Source: Clostridiales bacterium
Lineage (GTDB): Bacteria > Bacillota > Clostridia > Acetivibrionales > DTU013
Direction: 5' to 3'
Length of the DNA: 33,432 bases
Assembly: GCA_035361135.1 (NCBI GenBank)
Contig: DAOSCC010000002.1
Location: 1-33,432, forward strand
Shown: one piece after another, positions 9,928 to 18,631 of the stretch
How positions within the stretch are numbered: position 1 is the stretch's first letter
Layout: each line of letters begins with the position of its first letter
The notes under the pieces: model-generated
What the model was told of the DNA's origin: nothing
Databases searched by the model: none
What the model saw: the letters and a program-made list of their open reading frames with translations, nothing else
Position numbers and translations under genes: made by a program

Positions 9928-10440
9928 ATGCGTCTCAAGAATGTAAAAATACGATACCTTCTGATATTATTGCCGCTGGCGGTATGCCTTTGTGCCGGCC
10001 TGCTCATTTTTGCACGAAGCTATAATGGAGACCCGGCTGACGCGGGTTATTCCGCCGGGGATATTGCCGGCGCAAGTGACTCCGCCGGCAGCAGGGCCGT
10101 TCTTACCGATGATGACGACGGCCATAACAACGGCACAGATCCTTCTGCAGCTGAAACAGGCGTTATTGTGAACAGCACGGGCTTTTCTGCCAATGATGCG
10201 GCTTCTTATATGAGCGCCACAACAGCTTCGTCTAATGAAACGCATGAAGCAGGCAGTGCAGAAGATACTGTTTTTGGTACAGATTTATTTGCCAACGGCT
10301 CAGGCGGATCTGAGGCCGGTATCGATTCCTTCCAGCCAGTCAGTATAGGCGGCTTGTCTTATTTTATTCGCATAAACAGCAACCTGGCAGAAATATATGA
10401 CCGACAGTACAAAAAATCGTATGAGTATAAAATCGGTTAG
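9928..10440 (+). CDS. Hypothetical signal-anchored protein with S/A/G/D-rich low-complexity region
   Basis: ORF 9784..10440. The ATG at 9928 lies 7 nt after aagga. The N-terminus is MRLKNVKIRYLLILLPLAVCLCAGLLIF. No family recognised. Confidence 0.5.
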   Translation: MRLKNVKIRYLLILLPLAVCLCAGLLIFARSYNGDPADAGYSAGDIAGASDSAGSRAVLTDDDDGHNNGTDPSAAETGVIVNSTGFSANDAASYMSATTASSNETHEAGSAEDTVFGTDLFANGSGGSEAGIDSFQPVSIGGLSYFIRINSNLAEIYDRQYKKSYEYKIG

Positions 10441-10445
10441 CTGCA

Positions 10446-12761
10446 TTGTTCACATCATGTGACGGCACAGGAGGCGATGCCTCCGGCAAGACGGCTGGAG
10501 GGGATTTGACCGGCCAGGCAGGTGATGATGGCGCAATTGACAGCACGGAAGATGCCCCCAAAGTGATGCCGTCCCTTGAAACTGATTCGGATGAATTTAA
10601 GGAGAAATACGATACCTTAAAGGCACAGCAGACACCGGACGGCATCGGAGAAAGCGACTCACCGGCAGAGCTCCGGCCCCCGGACATGTCCGTTTTTGCG
10701 GCAGAGAGGGAAAGGAAGTACATAGATGTGGAGTGGAAGCCTGTCAGCTATGAGGCCAAGGTTGCCGGGTACAAAATAAAACCCGACCTGTCTAATGTGG
10801 TAAATGCCGGCCAGTTTGAAGGCTTTACGGATAAGCAACTGAAAATGCTGTCCAGGAACGGGTTCCTGGTTGTCCCGTCAAAGGACGAGCAGCTGTTTTA
10901 CGTATATGAAACAAATGAATACAGGGAGATCCCAAGCTTTATCACGGTCGACTCCGTACTGCAGACATATCACGTGTTTTATGATTTTGCACTCAGGGTC
11001 CTGGAACAGGAATATTTGCTTAGTGACCTTGAGCAGCTTACTGACAGCATGCTGAGGAAAACGTTGATCCTTTATGATAAGCTGCAGGACCCGGAAGTAA
11101 AGGAAGCTGCGCTGAAAAACGCTGCCTATTTCGCGGCTGCGCAACTGGCACTCGAAAAGGAACTCCCTTCAGGTATGCCTGAGGAAGCTGTGAGCCTTGC
11201 GAAAGCGGAATACAAACTGATTTCTGATGCAGCGGGCTTTGAGGCGTCTCCCATTTTCGGGTTCATGATGGACTACAGCCAATATAAGCCGAGGGGGCAC
11301 TACACCAGGAACCATGACTTTGAAAGGTATTTCAAGGCCTTGATGTGGTACGGCCAGGTCCCGTTCCCACTGCTCAAAGAATCTGACGGGAAAAAGGAAC
11401 TCGCTGTCCCGGAGACACTGCAGGCTTTGCTCATAACATACAGCCTGTTTGCGGGCGGGAGCGGCACACCGGATGTCGACCTGTGGGAAAACATTTATGA
11501 CCCGACGGTATTTTACGTGGGCACCGCAGACGACCTGACCATATACCATTATAAAGACCTGATAATAAAGGTCTATGGCACAAAACCGGACCCTGAGACT
11601 TTCAATGACGCAGATAAACTTGCAAAACTGCAGGAGGAGGCGAAAAAGCTGCCTCAGCCGTTGATACAGGCAAAATGGGTCAAGGAATTATCCGGCATTG
11701 ACACTCCTGTCGGCGTACAGTTCAGGTTCATGGGACAGAGGTATATACCCGATTCGGAGATACTCCAGAACCTGTGCGAGCCTTTAGTGAGACCTGTGCC
11801 GAAGGGACTGGACGTCATGGCAGTCCTGGGGTCGGACCGGGCTTACGATCTGCTTACGGAAGTATATGATATTGACGGGCAATGGGAAAAATACCTGGAG
11901 AAATTCGGTGAAATGAAAGAGAAGTTTGATTTGCTGTCTGACGAAACCTGGCGATCCAACCTGTATTACGGGTGGCTGTGGACGCTCAAAACACTGACAG
12001 AGCCTTTTGGCGACGGGTATCCGTCGTTCATGACCAACCAGGCGTGGCAGGACAAATCGCTTAATACGGCGCTGGCAAGCTGGGCTGAACTCAGGCATGA
12101 CACCGTACTTTACGGGAAACCGTCGGGGGCCGACGAAATGGGAGGGTGGCTTCCCGAGGAATCGCCCAAAGGCTATGTGGAACCGAACATAGGCGCCTAT
12201 GAAAGGCTCCTGTGGCTCACCAGGTATGCAAGGGAAAACCTGGATGCAAGGAACATACTGCCAAATGACCTGAGATACAGGATGGAGGATTTCGAGGAAC
12301 TGCTCCGATTCCTGATCGACTGCTCCGTCAAGGAACTCAGGAACGAAGAACTGACCGAGTTGGAATATGAAAAGATAATGTTCTACGGCGGCACGCTGGA
12401 GAGCCTTACGTGTTCATTTGCCGATGTCGGCAGATGGTTCGAGATCACGTCGGATACCGACAAAAACATGGCTGTCATAGCTGATGTCCACACCGCAGGA
12501 AACGTAGGTTACCTGGAAGAAGGAGTGGGATACGCGTCCCATATATTCGTAATCGTGCCCATAGGCGGGAAGCTATATCTGACAAGAGGGGCCGTTTTCA
12601 GCTATTACGAGTTCACGAGCAACAAAAGGATCTCGGATGAAGAATGGCAGGCGATGCTGAAGGAGGGCAGACAGCCTTCGCTGCCTGGCTGGACGGAATC
12701 GTTCACTGATATAAGCGGGCCTCTGCCTGAGCCTGATATAAAATATGTACCAGGTGAATGA
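10446..12761 (+). CDS. DUF3160-like protein (start and signal peptide unresolved)
   Basis: 771-aa ORF. YKPRGHYTRNHDFERYFKALMWYGQ and the overall size recall DUF3160. The only in-frame start is TTG 10446, which gives MFTSCDG, a lipobox without a signal peptide (see findings). Confidence 0.75.
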   Translation: MFTSCDGTGGDASGKTAGGDLTGQAGDDGAIDSTEDAPKVMPSLETDSDEFKEKYDTLKAQQTPDGIGESDSPAELRPPDMSVFAAERERKYIDVEWKPVSYEAKVAGYKIKPDLSNVVNAGQFEGFTDKQLKMLSRNGFLVVPSKDEQLFYVYETNEYREIPSFITVDSVLQTYHVFYDFALRVLEQEYLLSDLEQLTDSMLRKTLILYDKLQDPEVKEAALKNAAYFAAAQLALEKELPSGMPEEAVSLAKAEYKLISDAAGFEASPIFGFMMDYSQYKPRGHYTRNHDFERYFKALMWYGQVPFPLLKESDGKKELAVPETLQALLITYSLFAGGSGTPDVDLWENIYDPTVFYVGTADDLTIYHYKDLIIKVYGTKPDPETFNDADKLAKLQEEAKKLPQPLIQAKWVKELSGIDTPVGVQFRFMGQRYIPDSEILQNLCEPLVRPVPKGLDVMAVLGSDRAYDLLTEVYDIDGQWEKYLEKFGEMKEKFDLLSDETWRSNLYYGWLWTLKTLTEPFGDGYPSFMTNQAWQDKSLNTALASWAELRHDTVLYGKPSGADEMGGWLPEESPKGYVEPNIGAYERLLWLTRYARENLDARNILPNDLRYRMEDFEELLRFLIDCSVKELRNEELTELEYEKIMFYGGTLESLTCSFADVGRWFEITSDTDKNMAVIADVHTAGNVGYLEEGVGYASHIFVIVPIGGKLYLTRGAVFSYYEFTSNKRISDEEWQAMLKEGRQPSLPGWTESFTDISGPLPEPDIKYVPGE

Positions 12762-12865
12762 TACCGCGTTTGAAATCTGATGCTGTACTTTAAGTGGTAT
12801 GATGCCATTTTCAGGACGGGTTCGATCTATACAGACGGGCCCGGTTTTTATAGCCTGCGGACCAG

Positions 12866-14743
12866 CTAATTGAACTGCGAATTATACATGTCCGCATATA
12901 CCCCGTTGAGTGCCATAAGCTCGTCATGCGTGCCCTGTTCTGCGATCCTGCCGTCCTTTATGACCAATATGATGTCGGCGTTGCGGATCGTGGACAGGCG
13001 GTGGGCTATAACGAAGCAGGTCCTGCCCCGCATCAGTTCGCGCATCGCCTTCTGTATCTGCTGTTCCGTCCTGGTGTCCACATTTGATGTGGCCTCGTCC
13101 AGGATCAGCATTTTCGAATCCAGCAGCATTGCCCTTGCGATGGTGAGAAGCTGCTTCTGCCCCTGGGATATGTTTATGCCGTCGTCACTGAGCACGGTAT
13201 CATAGCCTGCCGGCAACTGCATTATATAATTGTGTATCCTCGCGGCTTTTGCTGCCGCTATGACGTCGGCCTTCGACACACCTTTTTTCCCGTAGGCAAT
13301 GTTTTCATAGATCGTGCCGCAGAACAGCCATGTGTCCTGCAGTACCATTGAATATGAGAGCCGCAGGCTTTCCCTCGTCACGTCCATGATGTTTTTCCCG
13401 TCAATGGAGATCGTCCCGCTGTCCGGGTCGTAAAACCTCATCAGAAGGTTTATGATCGTCGTTTTTCCGGCTCCAGTCTGGCCGACGATGGCTACGAGCT
13501 TTCCTTCCTCCGCCTTTATATTGAGGTCCCGGATGACCGGTTTCTCGGGCGTATAGCCGAAGGATACATTTTCCAGACGGACTTCTCCGCGCACGTTATC
13601 AAGGACCACGGCGTCCTCCCTGTCCTTTGGCTCCGGCTCTTCGTCGATCAGCCTGAAAACACGCTCAGCCGCCGCAAAGGATGACTGCAGCTCGCTGAGG
13701 ATATTCGCCGTTTCGTTTATCGGCCCTGAAAATTTCCGCGAATACAATACGAAGGACGACAGGCTGCCCAGCGTCAGGCGGCCGAACAGGTACAGCAGCG
13801 CGCCGAACATACTGACCAGGGCCAGCGACAGGTTGTTTATAAGATTGACGGATGGGCCTGTCATACTCCCGTAGTATTCCGACCTGTAGTATGAATCCAC
13901 TGCTTCCCGGTTCTTTTCATCGAACCTGCGGATGATCGTCTTTTCCTGGTTGTAGACCTTTATAGTTTTCTGACCTGTTATGATCTCTTCGACAAATCCG
14001 CTCAGTTCGCCCAGCTTGGCCGAGCGCAGCCGGAACAGCGGGCGCACTTTGCCGGTCATATATTTCGTGAGCAATATCGAGGTCGGGACCGTTATTGCAA
14101 ACACCAGCACCAGGACAGGCGAAATATATATCATCATTATGAGCGAACCGATTACGGTGAAAAGGCTCGTGAAAATCTGGAGCAGATCATTGGAAAGTGA
14201 AGCGTTGACCGTATCTATGTCATAGGAGATACGGCTGATGATCTCTCCCGGCTGGTGGCTGTCGAAAAACCGTACCGGCAGGTCCAGCAGCTTGTTGAAT
14301 ACATCGCTCCTCATCTGGAAAATCACCTTCTGGGTGAGGCGGATCATGAGGACCGACAGTATATATGACAATATCGATGATAATATGTAAAATGCGGCCA
14401 TCAGGGCGCAGTAATAAAATACTGTTTCAAAATCGACTGCGCCGGGCGTTGTACCGATCGCATCTATTGCGTTTCCCGAAAGCAGCGGGCCGACAAGAGC
14501 CAGCAGGTTGCTGGATATCGAAAGCACCAGCGCGAGCAGGCCGTACCATTTATAGCGGTACAGGTATTTCCAGAGCCTTGACAGGATCCTGAGCGTATCC
14601 CTCATGGTGAACTTCCGTTTTTCGCCCTGGGCCTGTACATTAAATGGATCTGAGCTTCCGCCTCTCTGGCGGAAGCCGAGACTGCCGGGCCTGCCGAAAC
14701 TAACCGGGCCTTGCAATTGCTTCACCTCCCATCTGTAGTTCAT
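12866..14743 (-). CDS. ABC exporter subunit (TMD-NBD), consensus-site partner of a heterodimer
   Basis: Walker A GQTGAGKTT, Walker B MLILDE, H-loop IAHRLST, and a deviant signature ISQGQ. The start is ATG 14743, or TTG 14716 lying 8 nt after GGAGG. It overlaps the end of the upstream ABC gene. Confidence 0.9.
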   Translation of the reverse strand: MNYRWEVKQLQGPVSFGRPGSLGFRQRGGSSDPFNVQAQGEKRKFTMRDTLRILSRLWKYLYRYKWYGLLALVLSISSNLLALVGPLLSGNAIDAIGTTPGAVDFETVFYYCALMAAFYILSSILSYILSVLMIRLTQKVIFQMRSDVFNKLLDLPVRFFDSHQPGEIISRISYDIDTVNASLSNDLLQIFTSLFTVIGSLIMMIYISPVLVLVFAITVPTSILLTKYMTGKVRPLFRLRSAKLGELSGFVEEIITGQKTIKVYNQEKTIIRRFDEKNREAVDSYYRSEYYGSMTGPSVNLINNLSLALVSMFGALLYLFGRLTLGSLSSFVLYSRKFSGPINETANILSELQSSFAAAERVFRLIDEEPEPKDREDAVVLDNVRGEVRLENVSFGYTPEKPVIRDLNIKAEEGKLVAIVGQTGAGKTTIINLLMRFYDPDSGTISIDGKNIMDVTRESLRLSYSMVLQDTWLFCGTIYENIAYGKKGVSKADVIAAAKAARIHNYIMQLPAGYDTVLSDDGINISQGQKQLLTIARAMLLDSKMLILDEATSNVDTRTEQQIQKAMRELMRGRTCFVIAHRLSTIRNADIILVIKDGRIAEQGTHDELMALNGVYADMYNSQFN

Positions 14744-16712
14744 AAATCTCCCTGTATACCTCACAGTTATCAAGAAGTTCTTCATGGGTGCCATATCCCA
14801 GCATTTTGCCGTCTTCAAGGACCAGTATGCGGCCTGCATGCATGATCGAACTTATGCGCTGGGCGATTATGATGGTGGTGGTATCGCCATAGTTTTCCGC
14901 CAGCGCTTTCCTCAGCAGTGAATCGGTTTTGTAGTCCAGTGCGCTTGATGAGTCGTCCAGTATCAGTATCTCAGGATCAGCGGCCAGCGCCCTGGCGATG
15001 AGCAGCCTTTGCTTCTGCCCGCCGCTGAGGTTGGAACTCTTCATCGCAAGCATATGATCGTACCTGAGAGGCAGCGTGTCTATGAACTCCCTGGCCTGTG
15101 CGCAGGCCGCAGCTTTTTCGGTCTGTTCGGGGCTGACGTCCCGCCCGAATGCAATATTCGAACCTATGGTGTCTGCAAAGAGGATGTCGTTCTGGAAGAC
15201 GACGCCGAACTTTGTATGCAGTTCATCCGGCGGGATGCTGCGGATATCGTCTCCTGAAATGCGGATGACGCCTTCGTCAGGGTCGTACAGCCTCATAAGC
15301 AGGCGGATGATGGTGCTCTTGCCGCTCCCGGTGGCTCCGATGATCCCAAGTGTCTCGCCCTTGCGCAGCGCAAAGCTGATATCTTCGAGGGTGTTCTGCT
15401 TCTCGTTTTGGATGCCATTGTTCCGGCTGCCATCATTCAGGATGCTTTTAATTCCATTTGGTGTGCTGTTGTCAGCGGCACTCCTGCCTTTCTTGCCGCC
15501 GGAGATATTTCCTGCACTTAAGGCTACTCCTGCGTTGCTGTTCGTATTTTCTGTGTTACCTGTGATATTTCCTGTGCTGCCGGAGTTGCCTTCTGTACTG
15601 CCTGAGCCGTTTCCAGCATTGACGGAAGCTTTTTCTGCATTATCAGAGGCATCTCCGGTGCTATCAGCGTCGTCTTCCGGCGTTTTGGCCCTGTGGTACG
15701 AGAATGTCACATGCTCGAATGTTATATGATACCCGTTGTTCACATGGTCTGCAGGTTCAAGCTTAAGATCTTCAGGAGCCTCCAGCACTTCGCGGATCCT
15801 GTCGGCCGATGCGGCCCCTTTTGAATATATCTCAAACATCCTTGTTATTGAAAGCATAGCGTTTAGAATTATCGTGAAGTAAGTCAGGAATGCTATGATC
15901 TCGCCCGATTTTGTCAGGCCTGCGTTTATCCTGAAAGCGCCGACGACGATCACAAGGGTCAGCCCGAGGTTAAGCAGCAGGTTCATGGACGGGTTGGTCA
16001 GAGCCATCGTGACCCCGGCTTTCGTTTCGTTTTTCACGACTTCCTGGTTTACTTCGTGGAAACGCTTCTTTTCATATGCGGTTTTGGACAGCGCTTTTAT
16101 GACGCGTATACCCGCAATGTTTTCACGTACGGTGCGGACCAGTTTGTCTATGGACCGCTGGGATTCGGAAAACAGCGGGATGCCTTTCTTTGATATAAGC
16201 CAGACCAGCAGGGTGATAAACGGCAGCATGATGATCAGGGTGAGCGATAACACGGGCTCAAGGGCAAGAGTGACTATTATACCGCCCAGCAGCAGGATCG
16301 GCGCACGGACGCCGAGGCGCTGCATCATGCCGATCATCCGCTGGATATGGTATGTGTCATTTGTCAGCCTCGACTGCAGGGACGGGATGGTATATTCGTC
16401 TACCTGCCTGCAGGACATGTACGATATTTTCACAAACAGGTCGTGCCGGATCGCTTCCGTGGCGTCACGGGCGACTTTTGAAGCCATCCTGTTTGCAATG
16501 ACATTTGTGATGAATGCGAATGCCGCACAGAGGAACATGATGCCGCCCCATATGAAAATGAGCCTGACATCGCGAAGGGGTACGATGTCATCTATCGTAT
16601 GGGAAAGGATCCAGGGTATCAGAAGATCCATTATCGTGCCGGTGAACTTGATAACGAGGCCAAGGAGCATTCTCGGGACATAAGGCCTCAGATACGAAAA
16701 GACCGTTTTCAT
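14700..16712 (-). CDS. ABC exporter subunit (TMD-NBD), degenerate-site partner, with large NBD insertion
   Basis: Walker A GATGSGKST and signature LSGGQ. Walker B is ILILDD (Asp replaces the catalytic Glu) and the H-loop is IAQRISS (Gln replaces His). A ~98-aa N/G/S/T-rich insert lies between FEHVTFSY and the Walker A. Confidence 0.9.
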   Translation of the reverse strand: MKTVFSYLRPYVPRMLLGLVIKFTGTIMDLLIPWILSHTIDDIVPLRDVRLIFIWGGIMFLCAAFAFITNVIANRMASKVARDATEAIRHDLFVKISYMSCRQVDEYTIPSLQSRLTNDTYHIQRMIGMMQRLGVRAPILLLGGIIVTLALEPVLSLTLIIMLPFITLLVWLISKKGIPLFSESQRSIDKLVRTVRENIAGIRVIKALSKTAYEKKRFHEVNQEVVKNETKAGVTMALTNPSMNLLLNLGLTLVIVVGAFRINAGLTKSGEIIAFLTYFTIILNAMLSITRMFEIYSKGAASADRIREVLEAPEDLKLEPADHVNNGYHITFEHVTFSYHRAKTPEDDADSTGDASDNAEKASVNAGNGSGSTEGNSGSTGNITGNTENTNSNAGVALSAGNISGGKKGRSAADNSTPNGIKSILNDGSRNNGIQNEKQNTLEDISFALRKGETLGIIGATGSGKSTIIRLLMRLYDPDEGVIRISGDDIRSIPPDELHTKFGVVFQNDILFADTIGSNIAFGRDVSPEQTEKAAACAQAREFIDTLPLRYDHMLAMKSSNLSGGQKQRLLIARALAADPEILILDDSSSALDYKTDSLLRKALAENYGDTTTIIIAQRISSIMHAGRILVLEDGKMLGYGTHEELLDNCEVYREIYELQMGGEAIARPG

Positions 16713-17010
16713 AGGCCAGCTTCACTTCCCACGTTTCCAGCTTCACATATGGTGATTACAAAACTCTTTTCATAATAACGTTTTAGATGCAAATTTGTCA
16801 ATGAAACTGCTCCGGCCGTTTGCGCCCGTTGTTACGGCCCTGCTGTTATTTCCGGGGCACGAGAGGCGATAAGTATACCTTAATGGTGAGATCGATGTAC
16901 GGCAGGACAGGCAGCCGCAAAAACCCAAAGAAGATGACATCTCTGACAGATGGTCAATCCTGTCTTTTTTTGAGATAATATCAGGGAATAAAAAACAGAA
17001 AGGTGATCGA

Positions 17011-17463
17011 ATGAGAGCGGTTATCCAAAGGGTAAAGAGAGCCGCCGTCGTGATCGACGGAAGCCCGGTATCGGAGATATCGAAAGGGCTGCTTATACTG
17101 GTCGCGGTCGGCAGCAACGATACGCAGTCAGATGCCGATTATCTGGCTGAAAAGACTGCCGAACTCAGGATATTCGAAGATGCTGACGGGAAGATGAACC
17201 TGTCCGTAAAGGATGTGAAGGGAGAACTGCTGGCGGTTTCGCAGTTCACGCTGTATGGTGACTGCAGAAGAGGCAGAAGGCCTTCTTTTACGGATTCTGC
17301 GCGTCCGGAGACGGCTCGTCCGCTGTATGAATATTTTGTTGAAAAATTAAAACAACTGGCAGGGACTGACGTGAAAACAGGGGTTTTTGCAGCGCACATG
17401 GAAGTGGAACTGGTCAATGACGGACCTGTTACGATATTGCTGGACAGCGGGAAACTATTCTAG
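17011..17463 (+). CDS. dtd: D-aminoacyl-tRNA deacylase
   Basis: 150 aa. [27 protein letters not shown]...GRRPSF and NDGPVT are hallmark Dtd motifs. Confidence 0.95.
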   Translation: MRAVIQRVKRAAVVIDGSPVSEISKGLLILVAVGSNDTQSDADYLAEKTAELRIFEDADGKMNLSVKDVKGELLAVSQFTLYGDCRRGRRPSFTDSARPETARPLYEYFVEKLKQLAGTDVKTGVFAAHMEVELVNDGPVTILLDSGKLF

Positions 17464-17559
17464 GACATCAAAAACCACAACGGAGATATCCTTCTGCAGA
17501 TCATTCAGCTTATGCAGAAGGGATCCGCCATAATAAAAACCATAAGGAGGAGAGTTGAT

Positions 17560-18021
17560 ATGGCAGGCATTATAGGTACCAATGTTGTAACACAGATAGG
17601 GTTCATAGTCAGGGACATCGAAAAATCCAAGAGGAAGTTCGCGGAGTTTTTGGGCGTCGAGCCGCCGCCGCATTTCGACGGGGGCAGGTTCGAAGTGACA
17701 GGCACCACCGTGGAAGGCAAACCTGCGCCGGATGCAAACTGCCTCCTGGCCTTTTTCGATGTGGGTCCCAACTTCCAGATAGAACTTATCCAGCCCAATG
17801 GCGCCAAAAGCACCTGGCAGGATTTCCTGGACCAGCACGGCGAGGGGATACACCATATAGCGTTCAACGTGAAGGATATGGACGGTAAGGTGAGAGCCTG
17901 CGAGGATTTTGGCATGAAGTGCCTGCAGAGAGGGAAGTATGGCGACGGAAGCGGCGAATATGCATATATGGATGCTTACAATGACCTGAAGTGCATCATC
18001 GAACTTCTTGAGAGCTATTGA
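17560..18021 (+). CDS. VOC (glyoxalase/bleomycin-resistance/dioxygenase) family protein
   Basis: ATG at 17560 follows taaggaggag. QIGFIVRDIEKS and GIHHIAFNVKDMD are VOC-like. Confidence 0.8.
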   Translation: MAGIIGTNVVTQIGFIVRDIEKSKRKFAEFLGVEPPPHFDGGRFEVTGTTVEGKPAPDANCLLAFFDVGPNFQIELIQPNGAKSTWQDFLDQHGEGIHHIAFNVKDMDGKVRACEDFGMKCLQRGKYGDGSGEYAYMDAYNDLKCIIELLESY

Positions 18022-18228
18022 CGGCACAGAGGGGATGCATTGAGGGCACAAATGCTGCTCCATGGGACGACCCGGCCATCCTGGCCGAATGCCCGGGGAA
18101 GGTATTTGATCTGTACGGAGGATGCATGCCTGAAATAAAGCCGGGCGGTATGGAGGCGTCAGGCAGCCGACGGCAGTGCGTATATACGCGGTTGCCCGCA
18201 CCGGGGTGTGACTGATAAAGCTGACTTG

Positions 18229-18258
18229 TTGAAATATAATGATTTTTTGGTGTATAAT
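18229..18258 (+). promoter_or_regulatory. Putative sigma-A promoter of the serS leader
   Basis: TTGAAA (18229-18234), 18-nt spacer, TATAAT (18253-18258). Confidence 0.5.
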
Positions 18259-18295
18259 ATATAACACGATGTGATCACATGTGCTAACGTGATTT

Positions 18296-18536
18296 GCTTT
18301 ATATGGTTTTCAGCCGTGAAGGAAGTAATGGCCCGTGATTCTTCTTAAAGAGAGCCGGTGGCTGGTGCGAACCGGCAGAAGGCAGGATCTTTCCGCTTCC
18401 GGAGCTGCCGGTGATGAGCCGGGGGCCGGTACCCTTTAAAGTACCAGCGAGAGGTCGGTCCTGTGGACCGGCAATTTGGGTGGCAACGCGGATACCTTCC
18501 GTCCCATGGTTTTACATGGGGCAGGAAGGTTTTTTA
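18296..18536 (+). promoter_or_regulatory. T-box riboswitch leader (serine-specific) controlling serS
   Basis: GTGAAGGAAGTAA (GA/K-turn plus AGTA), an AGAGAG bulge (18349-18354) and a distal loop ccggtGGCTGGTGCGAaccgg. The T-box sequence is AATTTGGGTGGCAACGCGG (18473-18491). A terminator ccttccgtcccatgg/ccatggggcaggaagg plus TTTTTT lies at 18495-18535. Candidate specifier is UCC (18392-18394). Confidence 0.85.
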
Positions 18537-18631
18537 ATACCGGCGCCGGTGCACTGACGCGCCAATGTGCCGGTTTGCAATGCAGAAAGGGAACTGAGAC
18601 GATTGATCGAAATAAGACAGGAGGTAAGCAT

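Noticed and set aside
15895-16683. 262-aa and 217-aa plus-strand ORFs inside the ABC transporter genes.
   Set aside because: They are antisense to genes with unambiguous ABC motifs and have serine/arginine-rich artefact composition.
17455-18267. A 270-aa minus-strand ORF covering the VOC gene and the spacer.
   Set aside because: It is antisense to a well-supported VOC CDS, has proline/cysteine/arginine-rich composition, and runs through the serS leader promoter.
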